From Caldisericia bacterium (GTDB lineage Bacteria > Caldisericota > Caldisericia > B22-G15), in the NCBI GenBank assembly GCA_026414995.1, contig JAOAHY010000002.1, positions 592 through 64,591 on the forward strand: a stretch of 64,000 bases of DNA. The letters are read 5' to 3'. Position numbers and translations under genes: made by a program. The notes beneath the pieces were generated by a model. It saw nothing but the letters and a program-made list of their open reading frames with translations, did no database searches and was not told where the DNA came from. Shown in pieces: positions 19,356 to 29,766 of the stretch (positions are counted from its first letter, which is position 1; every line of letters starts with the position of its first letter).

Positions 19356-21956
19356 TTAAATTTTTTCATTTATATAATCAGAAATTTCTTTCAAATCTAA
19401 ATCTATTCTTTCAATTTTCCCTTGTGCTGTTTTTTCTTTTCCTCCTCCCTTTCCTCCATACTTTGAATTTATGAAATTAAGAATTTCTTTTGCATTAATT
19501 TTTTCACTTACTAAATCAGAAATGAAAATTGATATATTTTTCAAATCTTTACTTGAAATAAAAATAAATATAAAATTATTATCTTTTACTTTTATTTTAT
19601 CGAATATATAAAATCCATCTTGGGGATTTAAAGTTTTATCTTCAATAAAAATTAATTTTGTATCTTTAATTTTTATTACATTCTTCATTGCATCTTCAAG
19701 AATTTTTTCAAAATATCTCTCTTTTAAAGTTTTTATTGTGTTTTCAAGTTCTTTAATATTCTCCTTTAATCTATCGACCTTTGCTAATACTTCATCTTCT
19801 TTTGCAGAAAGAGAAATAGATAGATTTTTAAAATCATTTGATAATTTACTTAAATAATCTAAAACCTTGAGACCAGTTATACCTTCAATTCTTCTTAAAT
19901 TCGTTCCAATTCCTCTTTCTGAAATAATTTTAAACCCACCTATTTCTATAGAATTTGATACATGAGTTCCACCACAAAATTCCTTTGTAATTTCATCAAC
20001 TGAAATAACTCGCACAATTTGACTATACTTTTCTCCAAAGAGGGCTATTGCACCTTCTTTTTTGGCTTCTTCAATATTTTTAATTTCTGCTAAAACTGGT
20101 AATTTTTCATAAATCCAATTGTTTACCTTATTCTCAATTTGAGTAATTTCCTTTTCAGTTAGTTCTGAAAAGTGTGAAAAATCAAATCTTAAATAATCTT
20201 CTGAGACTAATGAACCCTTTTGCGTAGCATGTTCTCCAAGTATCTCTCTAAGTGCTTTATGAAGAAGGTGCGTTGCAGTATGTGCTCTTTTTATTCCATC
20301 TCTTCTTTTTCTATCAACAAATGTATAAACTTTGTCTTTCTCTTTTACTTCACCTTTTATCACCTTTGCAACATGAACTATAAAATTTTCAACAGGTGAT
20401 TTTGTATCTAATACAGAAATGATTAAATTTTCCCCTTTAATTTCTCCTGTATCCCCAACTTGTCCACCTTTCTCTCCATAAAAAGGTGTTTTATTTAAAA
20501 TAATTAAACCTTCATCTCCTTCTTTAAGTTTTTCAACCCTTTCACCATTTTTCATTAAAACAAGTATTTCAGCTTCTCCCTCAATTCTTTCATATCCAAT
20601 AAATTCTGTCTCACCAACATCTTCTTTAATTTTTATAAAATCTAAACTCTCCTCGTATAATTTTAAACCCTTTGCTAATTTTCTACTTTTTTCTCTTGAT
20701 TCATTTAATGCAATTTCAAACTCCTCTTTATTGTAATTTAGTCCTCTTGAAGAGAGTATATCTTCAACTACTTCTGCTGGTAATCCAAAGGTATCATAAA
20801 TATAGAATATATCTTTACCTGAAATTTCTCTTTTTTTCTCTTCTAATGCTTTTTTAATTAAATTTTCAATAATATCTATCCCTTTCTCAAGAGTCTCAAT
20901 GAAATTTCTCTCTTCACTCAAAATTACTCTTTCAATTTTTCCATCAATTCTTAAAAAAGAATATGGTTCTTTAAACTTTTCAACAACTGATGGATAAATT
21001 TTATATAAAAATGGATCTCTTGCACCAAGAGCCCATCCAGATGAAAATGCTCTTCTTATTAATCTTCTCAAAACATATCCTCTTCCTTCATTTGAGGGAA
21101 AGAGATTTTCTGAAATTAAAAATGTTATTGCTCTTATATGATCTGCAATAACTCTTATATTTATTTTTGTTTTTTCATCATAATCACAAGATAATACTTT
21201 TGTTATATTTTCTATAATTCCTGAAAATAGGTCTGTTTCAAAATTACTTTTTTTATTTTGAAGTACCATTGTTATTCTTTCTAAGCCCATCCCAGTATCA
21301 ATATTTTTTCTTGGTAGTGGAGTAAGAGTCCCATCTTTTTTTCTATCAAATTGTGTAAAAACGAGATTCCATACCTCTAAAAACCTATCTCCTTCTGATT
21401 TTGGACCGAGAGAAGGATCACTACAGTAAAACTCCTCCCCCAAATCATAGTAAATTTCTGAATCTGGTCCACATGGACCTTCTTCTCCCATCTGCCAAAA
21501 ATTATCTGGAAGTCTTACAATTTTCTCTACAGGAATTCCAACTTTTTTCCAAATATCTAAAGCCTCATCATCATCAGGATAAATAGAAACCCATATTTTT
21601 TCTTTATCTAAACCCCAATTCTTTGTTAACAAAGTATATGCCCAAGAAATTGCTTCTTCTTTAAAATAATCACCAATCGAAAAATTACCTAACATTTCAA
21701 AAAAAGTATGATGTCTTATTGTTCTGCCTACTTGCTCAATATCATTAGTTCTAATACAAGCTTGACATGTTGCAATTCTTTTTTTTGGAGGCTCTTCTTC
21801 TCCAAGAAAGTAAGATTTAAGTGGAACCATACCTGCTGCTGTAAAAAGAAGTGTAGGATCTTTTGGAATTAAAGAAAATGATGGAAGAATAATATGGTCT
21901 CTTTCTTCAAAAAATTTTAAAAATTCACTCCTTATACTACTTGAAGTCAGACTCAT
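19356..21956 (-). CDS. alaS: alanine--tRNA ligase
   Basis: 866 aa. Class II AlaRS N-terminal core, editing-domain HxxxH/CxxxH motifs (HTATHLLH; 'CGGTH'). Confidence 0.9.
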   Translation of the reverse strand: MSLTSSSIRSEFLKFFEERDHIILPSFSLIPKDPTLLFTAAGMVPLKSYFLGEEEPPKKRIATCQACIRTNDIEQVGRTIRHHTFFEMLGNFSIGDYFKEEAISWAYTLLTKNWGLDKEKIWVSIYPDDDEALDIWKKVGIPVEKIVRLPDNFWQMGEEGPCGPDSEIYYDLGEEFYCSDPSLGPKSEGDRFLEVWNLVFTQFDRKKDGTLTPLPRKNIDTGMGLERITMVLQNKKSNFETDLFSGIIENITKVLSCDYDEKTKINIRVIADHIRAITFLISENLFPSNEGRGYVLRRLIRRAFSSGWALGARDPFLYKIYPSVVEKFKEPYSFLRIDGKIERVILSEERNFIETLEKGIDIIENLIKKALEEKKREISGKDIFYIYDTFGLPAEVVEDILSSRGLNYNKEEFEIALNESREKSRKLAKGLKLYEESLDFIKIKEDVGETEFIGYERIEGEAEILVLMKNGERVEKLKEGDEGLIILNKTPFYGEKGGQVGDTGEIKGENLIISVLDTKSPVENFIVHVAKVIKGEVKEKDKVYTFVDRKRRDGIKRAHTATHLLHKALREILGEHATQKGSLVSEDYLRFDFSHFSELTEKEITQIENKVNNWIYEKLPVLAEIKNIEEAKKEGAIALFGEKYSQIVRVISVDEITKEFCGGTHVSNSIEIGGFKIISERGIGTNLRRIEGITGLKVLDYLSKLSNDFKNLSISLSAKEDEVLAKVDRLKENIKELENTIKTLKERYFEKILEDAMKNVIKIKDTKLIFIEDKTLNPQDGFYIFDKIKVKDNNFIFIFISSKDLKNISIFISDLVSEKINAKEILNFINSKYGGKGGGKEKTAQGKIERIDLDLKEISDYINEKI

Positions 21957-22051
21957 ATACCTCCTTAATGAAAATTCAAAAAACTTTTCTAATTATTATA
22001 TCATAATAAATTTTGATAAAATAGATTTAAAATCTTCTTTGGGAGGTGTAA

Positions 22052-22714
22052 ATGTTTGATAAAGTTAGAGAACCAAAAGAGGCACTTCTATTATCTGGAC
22101 TTAAAGATGGTTCAACTCTTCTTATAGCTGGTTTTTTAGCAAATGGTACAAGTGAAATATTAATAGATACAATTTTAGAATTAGGAGTAAAAGAGTTAAC
22201 AATAATATGTAATGATACATCATTTCCAGATAAAGGTATAGGAAAGTTAATAAAAGAGAGGCGAGTAAAAAAAGTTATAACAACTCATATTGGAACTAAT
22301 CCTGAAACTCAAAGGCAATATTTAAATAAAGAACTTGAAGTTGAATTTGTACCACAAGGAACTTTAATTGAGAGATTAAGAGCATATGGAGGAGGTTTAG
22401 GTGGAATTTTAACACCAGTTGGAGTTGGAACAATTGTTGAAGAAGGAAAACAAAAATTTTCTATAAATGGAAAAGAATTTTTGCTTGAATTGCCTCTTGG
22501 AGGAGATATCTCAATATTAAAAGCAAAATGGGGAGATAAATTTGGAAATTTAAAATATTATGGAACAGCAAGAAATTTTAACCCTATTATGGCTCTTGCA
22601 GGAAAAAAAGTAATTGTTGAAGTTGAAAATTTACTTGAAATAGGTGAGATGAATCCAAATGAAATTGAGACACCTGGAATTTTTGTTGATTATATCGTAA
22701 AAGGAGGAAAATAA
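22052..22714 (+). CDS. atoD: 3-oxoacid CoA-transferase subunit A (acetoacetate:butyryl-CoA CoA-transferase alpha)
   Basis: 220 aa, CoA-transferase family I subunit A. 2-nt gap to subunit B. Confidence 0.8.
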   Translation: MFDKVREPKEALLLSGLKDGSTLLIAGFLANGTSEILIDTILELGVKELTIICNDTSFPDKGIGKLIKERRVKKVITTHIGTNPETQRQYLNKELEVEFVPQGTLIERLRAYGGGLGGILTPVGVGTIVEEGKQKFSINGKEFLLELPLGGDISILKAKWGDKFGNLKYYGTARNFNPIMALAGKKVIVEVENLLEIGEMNPNEIETPGIFVDYIVKGGK

Positions 22715-22715
22715 A

Positions 22716-23363
22716 ATGGATCCAAAAGAGCTTATTGCAAAAAGAGTTGCGAAAGAGTTAAAAGATGGAGATATAGTTAATTTAGGTTTTGGAATTCCAA
22801 CTCTTGTATCAAATTATATTCCTCAAGGAGTTAGAGTTATTTTTCAAGGTGAAAATGGAATTTTAGGAATTGGAGAAGTTAATAAAGAAAAACCTGACCC
22901 TGAAATAACAAATGCAGGAAATGTTCCAGTTAAAACACTTCCATTTTCCTCCTTTTTTGACACATTTATGTCTTTTACAATGATTAGAGGTGGACATATA
23001 GATGTTACAGTACTTGGTGGAATTCAAGTTGATGAAGAAGGGAATTTGGCAAATTGGATAATACCTGGAAAAATGATCGCTGGAATAGGTGGGGCAATGG
23101 ACCTTGCAGTTGGAGCTAAAAGATTAATTGTTGCAATGGAACATACTGCAAAAGGTGAACCAAAAATTTTAAAAAAATGTACATACCCATTGACTGCAAA
23201 GAAAAGAGTAAATTTAATTGTTACTGAACTTGCAGTTATTGAAGTAAATAAAGAAGGACTCATTTTAAAGGAGATTAGTCCATTCACAACTCTTGAAGAA
23301 GTAATTTCTAAAACAGAAGCAAAACTTAATGTATCAAAAGATCTAAAAATTATGGAAATTTAA
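22716..23363 (+). CDS. atoA: 3-oxoacid CoA-transferase subunit B
   Basis: 215 aa. Glutamate-containing 'SENG'-like active-site region (FQGENGILG). Confidence 0.8.
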   Translation: MDPKELIAKRVAKELKDGDIVNLGFGIPTLVSNYIPQGVRVIFQGENGILGIGEVNKEKPDPEITNAGNVPVKTLPFSSFFDTFMSFTMIRGGHIDVTVLGGIQVDEEGNLANWIIPGKMIAGIGGAMDLAVGAKRLIVAMEHTAKGEPKILKKCTYPLTAKKRVNLIVTELAVIEVNKEGLILKEISPFTTLEEVISKTEAKLNVSKDLKIMEI

Positions 23364-23364
23364 T

Positions 23365-24195
23365 TTATTTTTTAATATTTAAAATTTTTCTTGCTTCTTC
23401 AGGCGTTGCAATTTCTCTTCCAAATTCTAAACTAAATTTTGCGATTCTTTCAACAAGTTCAGCATTTGATTTTGCCAAAACTCCTTTTTTTATATAAATA
23501 TTATCTTCAAACCCTACTCTAACATTTCCACCAAGAGTAACTGCAATTATTCCAAGAGTAAATTCATATCTTCCAATTCCTGCAACCATCCAAGTTGAAT
23601 TTTTAGGAATAGAGTTGATTAAAAAAATTAAATTTTTAGGATCACCACTCATACCTCCTGGTACTCCTAAAACAAAATCAAAATGTATTGGTTCTTCAAT
23701 TAGATCCTCTTTTAAAAGTCTTAAAGCATTATCAATCATTCCTGCTTCAAAAATTTCAACTTCTGGTTTTATTTTTCTATCTTTCATAATTAAAGCAAAC
23801 TTTTTAATCCAATCTGGTGGATTATAAAAAACTCCATCGCCAAAATTTACAGTTCCACAAGTTAAAGATGCAAATTCAGGATTAAGTTCAAGTGGCTCAG
23901 CTCTTTCTTCAAAACTCATACCAATAGCTCCACCTGTGGAAATTTGAATTATTATATCTGGTACTTTTTCTTTTATTTTTTCAATAATTTCTTGGTATCT
24001 TTCTTTTTTTTGTGTTGGTGCCCCTCTTTCATCTCTTGCGTGAAGATGAACAACAGATGCTCCAGCATTATAACTCCTTAATACCTCATTTGCTATTTCT
24101 TCTGGTGTTAAAGGAAGGTAAGGCGTTTCTTTTCTTGTGACTTCAGCCCCTACTGGGGCAACAGTGATAATTAATTTTTCCATAATTAACTCCAT
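23365..24195 (-). CDS. kce: 3-keto-5-aminohexanoate cleavage enzyme (BKACE family)
   Basis: 276 aa, DUF849/BKACE fold (LIITVAPVGAEVTRKETPYLPLTPEEIANE...VVHLHARDE). Confidence 0.8.
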   Translation of the reverse strand: MELIMEKLIITVAPVGAEVTRKETPYLPLTPEEIANEVLRSYNAGASVVHLHARDERGAPTQKKERYQEIIEKIKEKVPDIIIQISTGGAIGMSFEERAEPLELNPEFASLTCGTVNFGDGVFYNPPDWIKKFALIMKDRKIKPEVEIFEAGMIDNALRLLKEDLIEEPIHFDFVLGVPGGMSGDPKNLIFLINSIPKNSTWMVAGIGRYEFTLGIIAVTLGGNVRVGFEDNIYIKKGVLAKSNAELVERIAKFSLEFGREIATPEEARKILNIKK

Positions 24196-24947
24196 TTATC
24201 AAATAAATTTCTCCTAACAACTTCATTAATAATATAAAATGCAACATCAGATGGATATGTATCAATTCCAAATCCCATATCATATCCGAGTTCATGAGCA
24301 AGTTCTTTTGTAATTCTAAATCCACCACAAATTAAAATAACTTTGTCTCTTATATTTTCAGCTTCAAGAAGTTCAACAAGATATGTTAAATTTTTAAGGT
24401 GAATGTTTCTTTGAGTAACTGTTTGAGAAATTAAAATCGCATTAGGCTTAAATTCAAAAATTTTTGAAACTAAAAATTCATGTGGAACTTGTGCTCCTAA
24501 ATTTAAAATTTCAAAAAAGGGATACCTTTCAAGTCCAGAATCACCTTTATAACCCTTTGCATTAATTATTGCATCAAGTCCAACAGTATGAGCATCTGAA
24601 CCAATTGTTGCAGCAATTATTTTAATCTTTCTTTTATCTAAAATCTTTTCACCTAATTCTAAAACTTCATGAAATTCATGTTTTCTTTTCTCTTCTTCTT
24701 TAACTTCTATTTTTGAAATAAGAACTCCTTTCTTAAATTTTCCATAAATAATGTAAAAGGAAAAATCTTCATAAAGATCTTTTTCAAAAACAATTATTTC
24801 ATCTGTAAGATTCATTTCTCTTGCAATTTTTCTTGCAATTTCTCTTGAAAGATTGGAGAGTTTAAGTGGTAAAGTGAAAGAAATTTGTACCATACCATCA
24901 TTTGGTAAATCACCATATGGTTTTATTATTAATTCTTTTTCTTTCAT
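24186..24947 (-). CDS. kamE: lysine 5,6-aminomutase beta subunit (B12-binding)
   Basis: 253 aa. B12-binding DxHxxG 'SDAHTVG' Rossmann module. Directly downstream of kamD. Confidence 0.8.
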   Translation of the reverse strand: MKEKELIIKPYGDLPNDGMVQISFTLPLKLSNLSREIARKIAREMNLTDEIIVFEKDLYEDFSFYIIYGKFKKGVLISKIEVKEEEKRKHEFHEVLELGEKILDKRKIKIIAATIGSDAHTVGLDAIINAKGYKGDSGLERYPFFEILNLGAQVPHEFLVSKIFEFKPNAILISQTVTQRNIHLKNLTYLVELLEAENIRDKVILICGGFRITKELAHELGYDMGFGIDTYPSDVAFYIINEVVRRNLFDKWS

Positions 24948-24956
24948 ATTCTTCTC

Positions 24957-26495
24957 CTAAATTTCAAATTCAATATAATCTTTATCTTTTTTAAACACTC
25001 CTTCATATCCTCTTCCCTCAAACTTAGGTCTTTTTACATTAGAAAAATAACCTTTTTCTAAAGCATTAAACAAACCTAAACTCTCTATTTCTTCAAGAGT
25101 TTGAACTGCTTTCTCAAAAATAGTTTTTGCTCTCGTTTCTATCAAACCACCATTTCTAATTACAAATTCTTTTGAAATGTTTCTTAATGCTCTTCTTATA
25201 TATTTTGCATTTTCAATTGCAAGATATCTATCTTGAACAAAAGGGGTGTGAAGTGCTTCAGTTAACATACCTAATAAAACTATCTCTTGATCCGTTAAAA
25301 TTGAAACAATATTGAATAAAGTATCCATTGCATAAGAGAAAAAGATATTTCCTGTTTTATATCTTGTTGGTGGCATATATTTAATTGGAGATTTCGGAAA
25401 AAGTTCTCTTACAAGTTGTGCTTGTGCAACTTCATATAAAAAAGAATTTTCTAAGTTTGGATCAAGTTCATAAGCATGTCCAAGACCAATTTGGTTTTCA
25501 TTCATAGAAGAAAATTTAGCAAGTTGCTCATTTATTAGTTGAGAAACTATAACTGTGTAATAAAATTCAAATGAATCAACTGTTTTAATCAAATTATCCT
25601 CACCAGTTACAATTGGTATATCTGCAAGTGATAAGATAAATCTACTGAATTTCTGATCAATCATAGTTCTAATTGGATTTATATTTCTAAATAAAATTCC
25701 ATATAGAGCATCATTTACCATAAGATCTAACCTTTCAAGAGCTGCAATTATTGAAATTTCAGGCATACATAAACCAGAAGAATAGTTAACAAGTTTTATG
25801 TATCTTTTTGTATTTTGTGTCACATCATCAAGTTTTTCTCTTACATATTTAAAATTTTCCTGTGTTGCATAAGTTCCGCCATATCCTTCTGTTGTTAAAC
25901 CATAAGGAACATAGTCAAGCAAAGATTGAGCAGTGCTTCTGATTATTGCAATGTAATCGGCACCAAGATAAGCAGCAGAAGATGCTTGTTTTGCATCTTC
26001 ATAAATATTTCCAGTTGCAACAATTACATAAAAGTATGGTTTTTCAAATGGAGTATATTTTTGAAAAAGTTCTTCTCTCTCTTTTTTTCTATTATTTATT
26101 CTCTCTAAACATTCTTTTTTTAAATTTTTTGCTAATTTTTCAACCTTTTCTTTTTCTAAAATTTTAATTTCATTTAAACTAATTTTTCCATCAAGAACTC
26201 CTTTAACAAAATCCTCTGGCTTCAAAGAGTTGTAGTTTAAAATTCCATTTGAAATAACAAATAAAACTCCTTTAGATAAAAGATTTTCTTTTTTTAATTT
26301 TTCAACAAAAAGATTTACAATGGGAACACCTTTTGAATCTACACCTTTTATGCCCAATAATCTTAAAATGCCCCTTTCAATTGAAACTGTTGAATAATCC
26401 TTAATTTCATTGATAACTTTTTCTGAAATTTTCTTTGCAATTTCTTTTGCATATAAAACTCTCTCTTCATTTAAATTTAAAATTCCCTTTTCCAT
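24957..26495 (-). CDS. kamD: lysine 5,6-aminomutase alpha subunit (PLP-binding TIM barrel)
   Basis: 512 aa, KamD/OraE-family length and context. Confidence 0.8.
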   Translation of the reverse strand: MEKGILNLNEERVLYAKEIAKKISEKVINEIKDYSTVSIERGILRLLGIKGVDSKGVPIVNLFVEKLKKENLLSKGVLFVISNGILNYNSLKPEDFVKGVLDGKISLNEIKILEKEKVEKLAKNLKKECLERINNRKKEREELFQKYTPFEKPYFYVIVATGNIYEDAKQASSAAYLGADYIAIIRSTAQSLLDYVPYGLTTEGYGGTYATQENFKYVREKLDDVTQNTKRYIKLVNYSSGLCMPEISIIAALERLDLMVNDALYGILFRNINPIRTMIDQKFSRFILSLADIPIVTGEDNLIKTVDSFEFYYTVIVSQLINEQLAKFSSMNENQIGLGHAYELDPNLENSFLYEVAQAQLVRELFPKSPIKYMPPTRYKTGNIFFSYAMDTLFNIVSILTDQEIVLLGMLTEALHTPFVQDRYLAIENAKYIRRALRNISKEFVIRNGGLIETRAKTIFEKAVQTLEEIESLGLFNALEKGYFSNVKRPKFEGRGYEGVFKKDKDYIEFEI

Positions 26496-26497
26496 AT

Positions 26498-27514
26498 TTA
26501 CCTTCCTTTAACTGGATCAAAAATTTCAAATGGTTTTAATCTATCTTTCAATGTTTCAAAAACCTCCTCCTCATCTTTTAAATTAAAAACTCCTTCTTGA
26601 TTAAAAGAGGAAAATGAAAATCCTAGAAGTTTAACTTGATTAATAACATAAATATCTCCTTCATTTTTTTTAAAATCAAAGTATATTTTTCTTGATGTGA
26701 GAATATTATAGGGATGCTCAACAATAATTTTTTTAATATCCTCTTTTATTATTTCATCTAAAATAGCATCAGTTAAAGCACCATTTATAAATAAATATTT
26801 CTCGTTAAATTTTTTAATTGTGTCTGATTTAATGAAATCATTATTAAGAATATAGATGAACTTATGGTGATTTTTTATTTTATAGATTATATTTTTTATT
26901 TCTTCATCTATCTCAGGGAGCAAAAAAAGTTCTTTATAAAATAGAGTTTCTTCAATTATCTCTTCTTTTTTATCCATAATATTAAGACCAGTTTGAAGAA
27001 TTATTCCATCAGAATATCTTATACTAACTTTTCTATCAATTGCTCCATCTATTAAAATGAAATCAAAATCTAGTTCTTTAATTTCATTTAATATTTTTTC
27101 TAAATCTTTTCCAATATATGGACCAGATACTTCAACATCTCCTTCTTTTTCGATTTTCACTAAAATTAATTCACCTTTTGAAGTAAATATATTAAATTTT
27201 TTAACTATTGAAATTTTAGCATCACTATTTTCAAGAGAATCAATAGAAGTTATCACATAAAAATTTTCTTTTAGATGAATTTTTGGTTTTTCAAAAAGAA
27301 AAAGGTAATCAAAACTTTCCCCATCAATTCCAATTGAAGTAATACAAACTTTCTTGCCCTCTTTCTCTAAAATTTCAATTATTTTATTTAAAGTTGTAGT
27401 TTTACCACAATTTTTTGAAAGTCCTATAATTGATAAAATTTTTATATTATTCTCTTTTAGTTTTTGTAAAATATCCATTTCTTCTTTTGATTCTCTCTGA
27501 ATCTGGTGGTTCAA
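26498..27514 (-). CDS. P-loop NTPase of unknown function embedded in the aminomutase operon
   Basis: 338 aa. Walker A 'GLSKNCGKTTT' and Walker-B-like 'DFILIDGA'. The 5' end overlaps kamA by up to 68 nt, so the start is uncertain. Confidence 0.4.
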   Translation of the reverse strand: MNHQIQRESKEEMDILQKLKENNIKILSIIGLSKNCGKTTTLNKIIEILEKEGKKVCITSIGIDGESFDYLFLFEKPKIHLKENFYVITSIDSLENSDAKISIVKKFNIFTSKGELILVKIEKEGDVEVSGPYIGKDLEKILNEIKELDFDFILIDGAIDRKVSIRYSDGIILQTGLNIMDKKEEIIEETLFYKELFLLPEIDEEIKNIIYKIKNHHKFIYILNNDFIKSDTIKKFNEKYLFINGALTDAILDEIIKEDIKKIIVEHPYNILTSRKIYFDFKKNEGDIYVINQVKLLGFSFSSFNQEGVFNLKDEEEVFETLKDRLKPFEIFDPVKGR

Positions 27515-28751
27515 TTAAAAGTCTATTACCAGAAAGTATTGATGCTGGGCCATCTTTACTTATTAAATTTTTCTCTTTTTCACATAAATCGCAATTTTTT
27601 GGACAGTTTGAAATTTTATCTTCAGGTTCTGTATAAGAGAAAAATCCACCTTCATAGTTTCTTAAAACAACCTTCCTATCTGACATTGATATAAGATAAT
27701 TTGGAAAAACTGGAATTTTACCACCACCAAGAGTATCAATAATATATGTAGGAACTTTAAAACCAGAAACATGTCCTCTTAAGTTTTCTATTATCTCAAT
27801 ACCTTTTCCAACTGATGTTCTAAAATGAGATATACCTTGTGAAAGATCACATTGATATAGATAATAAGGTCTTACCCTTATTTTTACAAGTTCATTAACT
27901 AGTTTCTTTTGAATTACAGGACAATCATTAATTCCTTTAAGAAGTACACTTTGGTTTCCAACTGGAATTCCTGCATCAACAAGTTTTAAAATTGCCTTTT
28001 TACTTTCATCTGTAATTTCTTTATAGTGGTTAAATTGAGTATTAAGCCAAATTGGATGATATTTCTTAAGCATATCAACTAATTTATCAGTTATTCTCAT
28101 AGGTAGAGTTGATGGCGCTCTTGTTCCAATTCTTATAACATCAACATGTGGAATTTTTCTTAACTCTTTAAGAATAAATTCAAGTGTATCATCTGAAACA
28201 AGAAGTGCATCGCCACCAGATAATAAAACATCATTTATTTCTGTATGTTCTCTTATATATTCAATCCCTAATAATAATTCTTCTTTTGTTCGAGCTCTAT
28301 CTCTTTCACCTGCTAACCTTCTTCTTGTGCAATGCCTACAATACATAGCACATTGGTCTGTAATTAAAAAAAGGACTCTATCTGGGTATCTATGAGTTAA
28401 TCCCTTGACTGGAGAGTCAACATCCTCAAAAAGAGGATCTAAAATATCTTCTTCCTTTATATCTAATTCTTTAATTGTTGGTACAGATTGCTTTCTTATA
28501 GGATCCTCTGGATCATCCTTATCAATAAGTGTAATCCAATATGGAGTTATAGCCATTCTTAATTTTATTAAAGAATTTTTTACCCCCTCTTCTTCATGAG
28601 GAGTTAAATTTATAACTTTTTTTAAAATTTCAAGATTCATTATTCTGTTTCTTAATTGCCAATGCCAATCATACCACTCCTCTTCTTTAACATCTTTCCA
28701 TATATCTATCTCTCTATAATCCCTCATATTACCCTCCAAACTCTTCTTCAA
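27447..28751 (-). CDS. kamA: lysine 2,3-aminomutase (radical SAM)
   Basis: 434 aa. 'CAMYCRHCTRRR' CxxxCxxC radical-SAM cluster motif and KamA-family flanks. Confidence 0.85.
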   Translation of the reverse strand: MKKSLEGNMRDYREIDIWKDVKEEEWYDWHWQLRNRIMNLEILKKVINLTPHEEEGVKNSLIKLRMAITPYWITLIDKDDPEDPIRKQSVPTIKELDIKEEDILDPLFEDVDSPVKGLTHRYPDRVLFLITDQCAMYCRHCTRRRLAGERDRARTKEELLLGIEYIREHTEINDVLLSGGDALLVSDDTLEFILKELRKIPHVDVIRIGTRAPSTLPMRITDKLVDMLKKYHPIWLNTQFNHYKEITDESKKAILKLVDAGIPVGNQSVLLKGINDCPVIQKKLVNELVKIRVRPYYLYQCDLSQGISHFRTSVGKGIEIIENLRGHVSGFKVPTYIIDTLGGGKIPVFPNYLISMSDRKVVLRNYEGGFFSYTEPEDKISNCPKNCDLCEKEKNLISKDGPASILSGNRLLIEPPDSERIKRRNGYFTKTKRE

Positions 28752-29766
28752 AAATTTTTCTTAAGTGAGAATTTTCTCTTAAAATATTAAATGCAAATTC
28801 AGCATGACCTTTTGCATAACCATTTCCAATCAACATATCAATATCTTTTCCAATCCCCTCTGCGCCAAGAGCTGCTTTTGTAAATGATGTTGCCATGCTA
28901 AAAAAGTAAACTAAGCCTCTCTCTTTGCATGAAAGAATTGATGACAACTCTGTATCTGGAACATTTACACAATTTATTACTTTATCACATAATTCTCCTT
29001 TAGTTATTTCATTAACTTTTTCATATATTTCAATTGGGTCTTGTGCATTTCCAGTTATTAAATAATCATAAAAACCTAATCTTTCAATTCTTTTTTTTGA
29101 TTTTTCTGAATGTGCAAGAGCAATTACAATTCCATTTTTTGCATATTTTTTTGCAATATATGTACAAAGAAGGCCAGATTTTCCACCTGCACCAATAATT
29201 AAAACTTTATCATCCTCTTTCACAATTCTTGAAACTTGAATTGGAGCACCTGCAACATCAAGAAGAGAAAGTGAAGTTCTTAAAGAGAAATCAGATGGAA
29301 TTTTTGTAAAAACTCCACTTTCAAAAATTATAGCTTTTCCTTCAATTTCAACTTGTTCTTTTTCAATATCTATGCTTTTTATTTTTTCAATTTTTAATGG
29401 AGTTAATGAAAGCGAAACAAGAGAAGCAATAAGGTCTCCTTCCTTTGCTTCAACTTTTTCCTTTAAGTCATCTCCTATTTTCTCAATAACACCAACAAAC
29501 ATACCACCAGAGCCAGTTATAGGATTATGCATCTTTCCTCTATCTTCAACAATTTTTAAAATTATCTCTTCAATTTTTTTCAAATCACCATTTGCTTCAT
29601 TTTTTATTTGAGTAAATGATGAAGAGTCTATATTTAAAAATTTAACATCAACTAAAATCTCATTTGAATAAATAATTCTAAAATCATTATTTAATTTCTT
29701 AGCAGGTTGAGGAAGATAACCTTCTGGCTCTAAGACTCTATGTCTTCCAAATTTATCTCCTCTCAT
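28729..29766 (-). CDS. kdd: L-erythro-3,5-diaminohexanoate dehydrogenase
   Basis: 345 aa. Rossmann 'VLIIGAGGKSG' and Kdd-family N-terminus. The ATG overlaps the stop of the upstream regulator (ATGA). Confidence 0.8.
   Translation of the reverse strand: MRGDKFGRHRVLEPEGYLPQPAKKLNNDFRIIYSNEILVDVKFLNIDSSSFTQIKNEANGDLKKIEEIILKIVEDRGKMHNPITGSGGMFVGVIEKIGDDLKEKVEAKEGDLIASLVSLSLTPLKIEKIKSIDIEKEQVEIEGKAIIFESGVFTKIPSDFSLRTSLSLLDVAGAPIQVSRIVKEDDKVLIIGAGGKSGLLCTYIAKKYAKNGIVIALAHSEKSKKRIERLGFYDYLITGNAQDPIEIYEKVNEITKGELCDKVINCVNVPDTELSSILSCKERGLVYFFSMATSFTKAALGAEGIGKDIDMLIGNGYAKGHAEFAFNILRENSHLRKIFEEEFGG

Noticed and set aside
27447-27514. 68-nt overlap between kamA and the upstream P-loop gene, as possible programmed recoding
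   Set aside because: More simply explained by the true start of the P-loop gene being the internal Met (MDILQ...) and ordinary operon overlap.
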